Shown here: positions 16,354 to 20,000 of the stretch, in pieces | Position numbering within the stretch: the stretch's first letter is position 1 | Layout: each line of letters starts with the position of its first letter | DNA from: an uncultured virus (IMG/VR IMGVR_UViG_3300023178_004374) | Lineage: Duplodnaviria > Heunggongvirae > Uroviricota > Caudoviricetes | Direction: 5' to 3' (one strand) | IMG/VR virus record: IMGVR_UViG_3300023178_004374 | Length of the DNA: 20,000 bases | Translations under genes and position numbers: made by a program | The notes under the pieces: model-generated | Databases searched by the model: none | What the model saw: only the letters and a program-made list of their open reading frames with translations | What the model was told of the DNA's origin: nothing

Positions 16354-16862
16354 AATTTAAACTCCTTAATTTTTTCAAATGATCCTCTAATCGTAAACAT
16401 ATAATGATCATAGTCAGGTTGACTAAACTTATATGTGCCACATGGGTGTGGAATTGTCATATTTAAAAGTACTCCTAATTTTTCTTTTGGAACATCCCAT
16501 TTTTTTTCGTATTTTTCTAATACATTATTTACGCAAATATCATAGTGAAATCCACATACATAAATTCTATTTACGTTGTTTATCCAGTGATGAATATATC
16601 TATCATCATCAATTACATCACTTAATTTGTATATTACTTTATCATTTTTTCTGTCTATAGATTCCATTAATCCATATTTTTTATATTCTGGATATCCGGT
16701 ATAATGAAACACTTCACTTACATTTCTTATATAAGGTAACATTGTATTTATGTAATTACCAAATGTATGTGCTTCTGTTTCAATAAGTGCGTGACTTCTA
16801 ACATCTTCATCAGGCCAAGTTTGCCATGCATCGACAATCACCACAACATTCTTGAAACGCAT
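16350..16862 (-). CDS. Isochorismatase/cysteine-hydrolase-like protein
   Basis: VVIVDAW and IYVCGFHYDICV (GxxxDxCV) motifs. Confidence 0.5.
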   Translation of the reverse strand: MRFKNVVVIVDAWQTWPDEDVRSHALIETEAHTFGNYINTMLPYIRNVSEVFHYTGYPEYKKYGLMESIDRKNDKVIYKLSDVIDDDRYIHHWINNVNRIYVCGFHYDICVNNVLEKYEKKWDVPKEKLGVLLNMTIPHPCGTYKFSQPDYDHYMFTIRGSFEKIKEFKL

Positions 16863-16868
16863 AATATA

Positions 16869-17594
16869 TTATACCACACCTACGTGCTCATGTACAACCG
16901 GATTTTCTAATGCCCATAACATTCTTTGTGTGTCTTTCCAATCTTTAACTTGAATAGAATTGGTATTACTATATTGTTCAAGAGCTTTTACTAGTGGATA
17001 ATCATTTCCACCTAATTGCATTTTATCGCCAAAGAAAACAATTGGTTTTTCAATCCATCCTACTACTTGACTTTTATCTGCGCCGGGTGGAACGATATCA
17101 ATTCCTGTTTCTCCTGCAACTTGAGCAGAAAGACCGAACGTATCTTCAAAAGCTGCTGCTATAAATTGACGTTCATTTTTATGTTGATCCCATTCTCTAT
17201 ACATTGCTCTTTCTTCAAGATTACAATTACGACCAACAATACTGAAGTTAACCATACCAGGTCGTTCTTCAATATGATTACCGGTTTTACGATAAAAACC
17301 AGATTCTTCTAACATGCCTTCCAACCATTCTCTTGCATCTGCAGGAAGTTTCCACTCATTAGCCCATGTTTGTTTTCCCTTTTGCCAAACGCTATTTCCT
17401 GCACAATTAAAAGAGGCAGTTACATTTTCACAAATGTCTTCTCCTAATTGTTCAAGTGTTTTTTCATAATCGCTACCTGTAACTAAATAGCAATTATTCT
17501 TTTTAATAAAATTTAAAAAGAATTCTTTAAACTCTGTATTAATTTTTTGCCGACTAAGAGTTAGTGTACCGTCAACGTCAAAAATATAATTCAT
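16869..17594 (-). CDS. HAD-IIB phosphomannomutase (eukaryotic-type PMM family)
   Basis: FDVDGTLT, LVTGSD, HIEERPGMVNFSIVGR, GIDI.P.G.DK, FFGDKMQLGGNDYP. Confidence 0.85.
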   Translation of the reverse strand: MNYIFDVDGTLTLSRQKINTEFKEFFLNFIKKNNCYLVTGSDYEKTLEQLGEDICENVTASFNCAGNSVWQKGKQTWANEWKLPADAREWLEGMLEESGFYRKTGNHIEERPGMVNFSIVGRNCNLEERAMYREWDQHKNERQFIAAAFEDTFGLSAQVAGETGIDIVPPGADKSQVVGWIEKPIVFFGDKMQLGGNDYPLVKALEQYSNTNSIQVKDWKDTQRMLWALENPVVHEHVGVV

Positions 17595-20000
17595 ACAAAA
17601 AAGTCCTCCAAGGTTGCTTCATCTTTTAAAGACCATCCTACTGCATCTAAGATTGGTGTGATTGGTTCAATAAATGTTTTTTCAAATTGTAAATCATAGT
17701 CAATATATTTATGAAGATTAAATTCAGGTGGTAAATAATCTGGAAAAGAAACTACATTTTCACGTATAGGATTAGGTAATTTTAAATAAGAATATTTAAT
17801 CTTTTCCCCACTTTTAATTTCACTATATTTTTTGTCAAGTGCGTGGTCACGTAAATAATGATTATATAGTAAAGAACCTCTTACATGAATTGGTGTACCT
17901 CTACCATAAATTGTTTTACGATCTTTCCATTTGTCTATTTCACTTACACCACGAGGAAAGGAAACATCTTCAGCAGGTAAAGATTTAAATGTAGATCTGA
18001 AATCATCTATAAACTGACGAGTTTTTTGTTCATCACCTGTAACAATAATTTTAAATACTTCTTTAAATTTATCACGTACAACTGCAGGTGTAGATGATTT
18101 AATAGCTTCAATACCCATGATCTTGAGTTTTGGTTCTGCATATTGTACACCTTCATTATTATGTACATTTAATATGTATCGTTTTTTTGCAGTCCATATA
18201 CCACGATCAGCTATAACTTCTCTACCCATTTCCATACGAGGTGTATAGGCATTCATTTTATTAAATAGTTTAGAATATTCAGCAGCAATAATTGGTTCGA
18301 AATGTTTACTACATAGTTTATCTAAATCTTGTACTGGATTCTTTAGTTGTAATTTTTTAACTAAAGGACCCATATTAATATAAACAGAATCAGTATCAAT
18401 TGCTATGACATAATCTTTGTCAGTTTTTAGCAGTTTATTCATTTCATTATTAACTGCTTTTTCTGCGCGTTTAATAGAAAGCTGACCTGTTAGTGTTACA
18501 GATTCAGCTAAAGCATTATCAAAATATTTAAAGTATTGATTTGCTAAGGCGCCATAAAGAGAATTTAAAAGAATTTTAATTGCCATCTGATTATTTTCAA
18601 GTTGATTGATTTCAGATTCCAGTTTAGAATTCTTAGATTTTTCATATTCAGATTTAGCTGATAACATTCGTTTTTTAATTGTTGACCTTTCAGCATAATA
18701 ATCTACAATTAATTCTGGAATTATACCTTGTCTTTCTTTACTAAATGCTACACCAGAAGCAGCAATAGAATAATTGTCATTAACTTTATTATCATCTTTC
18801 ATATAATTATCTGGACCTTGAGAGAAACAAATGCGAGGATCTCGTATCATTGTTTCTGGAGAAATATTATATTCAACAATAATATTAGGATATAGAGAAT
18901 TTAAGTCAAAGGAAACCACCCAATCATGGCCACCGACCTGTGGATCCTTTACAAAGCCTCCAGCAATGGAATGAGACTTACCTTTCTTTCTTGCTTCAGA
19001 ACCAGGTTTATTCTTTGATGTTTCGGTTGCACCAGCAATTTGATACCAGCGAATTTGATCTATTTGTTTAAGTGGAGTAATAACATTTTTACTAAGCAAT
19101 CTACGATAAATGATAGATTCCCATATATTAGTCGTTCCAAATGTATCACTTAAATTTACACCACCTTTATATGCCATAGTTAAAGCTAAATTAATTAAGC
19201 CCATCTTAGCATCAATACGATCAACTAATTGAACATCTTTAATATTATAGTCAATAAATTTTTGATGATCTTTTTTATATAAAGTATATAAATTACCATG
19301 TTCTTCATATGATAGTTTACGTTCACCTACTACAACATAACCAATATGATCTAGCTTATATGATTCTTGAGGACCATATGAATATCCAAATTTAGTAAAC
19401 AACTCTAAATAATCAGCTTGCTGTATTCCAACAATTTCAAAAGCCGGAAGTTGGCGATTAGCTCGATATACTGGACGATCATTAACTAGTCCCCAAGGAG
19501 AAAGTTTGTTAACTGCTTCTTGTGTACCAAGATTATGAATACGATTTACAAGATAAGGAATATCAAAAAAACGACAATTCCAACCTGTGATTACATCAGG
19601 ATAATTTTTGGTCCAATAATTTATAAACTTAACAAGTAATTCTTCTTCAGACCTGCAATGGTGATATTGAATAAGACTTCCATCAAGATCTAGTTCAGTT
19701 TTAGAAGGATCATAATTATCTAAACCCCAAACTTGAAATATAGATGACTTACTAGACTTTAAAGTAATTGCTGTAATAGGATGAGCCGCTGCTTCTGGAA
19801 TAGGAAAACCATCATCTGAAGCAACCTCAATATCAAAGTTTACAATGTTAATATGATTAGGATTAAATTTAATGTCTGATGGAAACTTATCTGTAATGAA
19901 TTGATGGATATAATTTGTAGTACCATAGGCTTTAAAGCCATCCATTTCACCATGAAATTCCAACCATTCTTTAGCTTCTTTCATGCTATCACATGGTCTT
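17591..20000 (-). CDS. Family B DNA polymerase, T4 gp43-like (5' partial)
   Basis: Exonuclease DIE, GWN..FDIPY, YN..DV; polymerase SFDLNSLYP, K..LNSLYG, DTDS, KKRY, G.E..KSSTP. The frame stays open upstream of 19984 to the window edge. Confidence 0.97.
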   Translation of the reverse strand, partial: RPCDSMKEAKEWLEFHGEMDGFKAYGTTNYIHQFITDKFPSDIKFNPNHINIVNFDIEVASDDGFPIPEAAAHPITAITLKSSKSSIFQVWGLDNYDPSKTELDLDGSLIQYHHCRSEEELLVKFINYWTKNYPDVITGWNCRFFDIPYLVNRIHNLGTQEAVNKLSPWGLVNDRPVYRANRQLPAFEIVGIQQADYLELFTKFGYSYGPQESYKLDHIGYVVVGERKLSYEEHGNLYTLYKKDHQKFIDYNIKDVQLVDRIDAKMGLINLALTMAYKGGVNLSDTFGTTNIWESIIYRRLLSKNVITPLKQIDQIRWYQIAGATETSKNKPGSEARKKGKSHSIAGGFVKDPQVGGHDWVVSFDLNSLYPNIIVEYNISPETMIRDPRICFSQGPDNYMKDDNKVNDNYSIAASGVAFSKERQGIIPELIVDYYAERSTIKKRMLSAKSEYEKSKNSKLESEINQLENNQMAIKILLNSLYGALANQYFKYFDNALAESVTLTGQLSIKRAEKAVNNEMNKLLKTDKDYVIAIDTDSVYINMGPLVKKLQLKNPVQDLDKLCSKHFEPIIAAEYSKLFNKMNAYTPRMEMGREVIADRGIWTAKKRYILNVHNNEGVQYAEPKLKIMGIEAIKSSTPAVVRDKFKEVFKIIVTGDEQKTRQFIDDFRSTFKSLPAEDVSFPRGVSEIDKWKDRKTIYGRGTPIHVRGSLLYNHYLRDHALDKKYSEIKSGEKIKYSYLKLPNPIRENVVSFPDYLPPEFNLHKYIDYDLQFEKTFIEPITPILDAVGWSLKDEATLEDFFV

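Noticed and set aside
2117..17312. All plus-strand ORFs in the track (e.g. 2117, 2583, 2849, 4199, 6741, 10498, 12462, 12700, 14555, 16433, 17016)
   Set aside because: Antisense to well-supported minus-strand genes, with no recognisable motifs
1..20000. tRNA, CRISPR array, introns/inteins, long repeats, rho-independent terminators
   Set aside because: None seen by eye; intergenic gaps are under 100 nt, the visible polymerase is uninterrupted, and no convincing GC hairpin with a U-tract was found

Overview
AT-rich, densely packed segment of a T4-like (myovirus-type) phage genome, probably marine/environmental. All credible genes are on the minus strand and many are coupled by ATGA/TGATG overlaps. 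In transcription order (right to left): family-B DNA polymerase (gp43-like, 5'-truncated), HAD phosphomannomutase, cysteine-hydrolase-like protein, MazG-like NTP pyrophosphatase, AEP-type primase, nucleotidyltransferase-cupin fusion, a putative HNH-like nuclease behind a T4-early-type promoter, Nmad1/DUF1599-like protein, APS-kinase-like and nucleotidyltransferase pair, 2OG-Fe(II) oxygenase, a kdsA-kdsB-pckA cassette, cupin, TagD-like cytidylyltransferase, T4 gp42-like dCMP hydroxymethylase, QueC-like ATPase, SAM methyltransferase, dCMP deaminase and a split radical-SAM/SPASM pair. A separately promoted operon follows: T4 alpha-glucosyltransferase homologue, UDP-glucuronate 4-epimerase, short UDP-glucose dehydrogenase and a divergent C5-cytosine methyltransferase (3'-truncated, missing from the ORF track). 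The main candidate novel system is a DNA hypermodification pathway that may attach a uronic acid (GlcA/GalA) rather than glucose to 5-hydroxymethylcytosine. Its transferase ends in nearly the same clamp-binding-type peptide (LEEFFV) as the polymerase (LEDFFV). All family calls are by motif recognition from memory, not from database searches.
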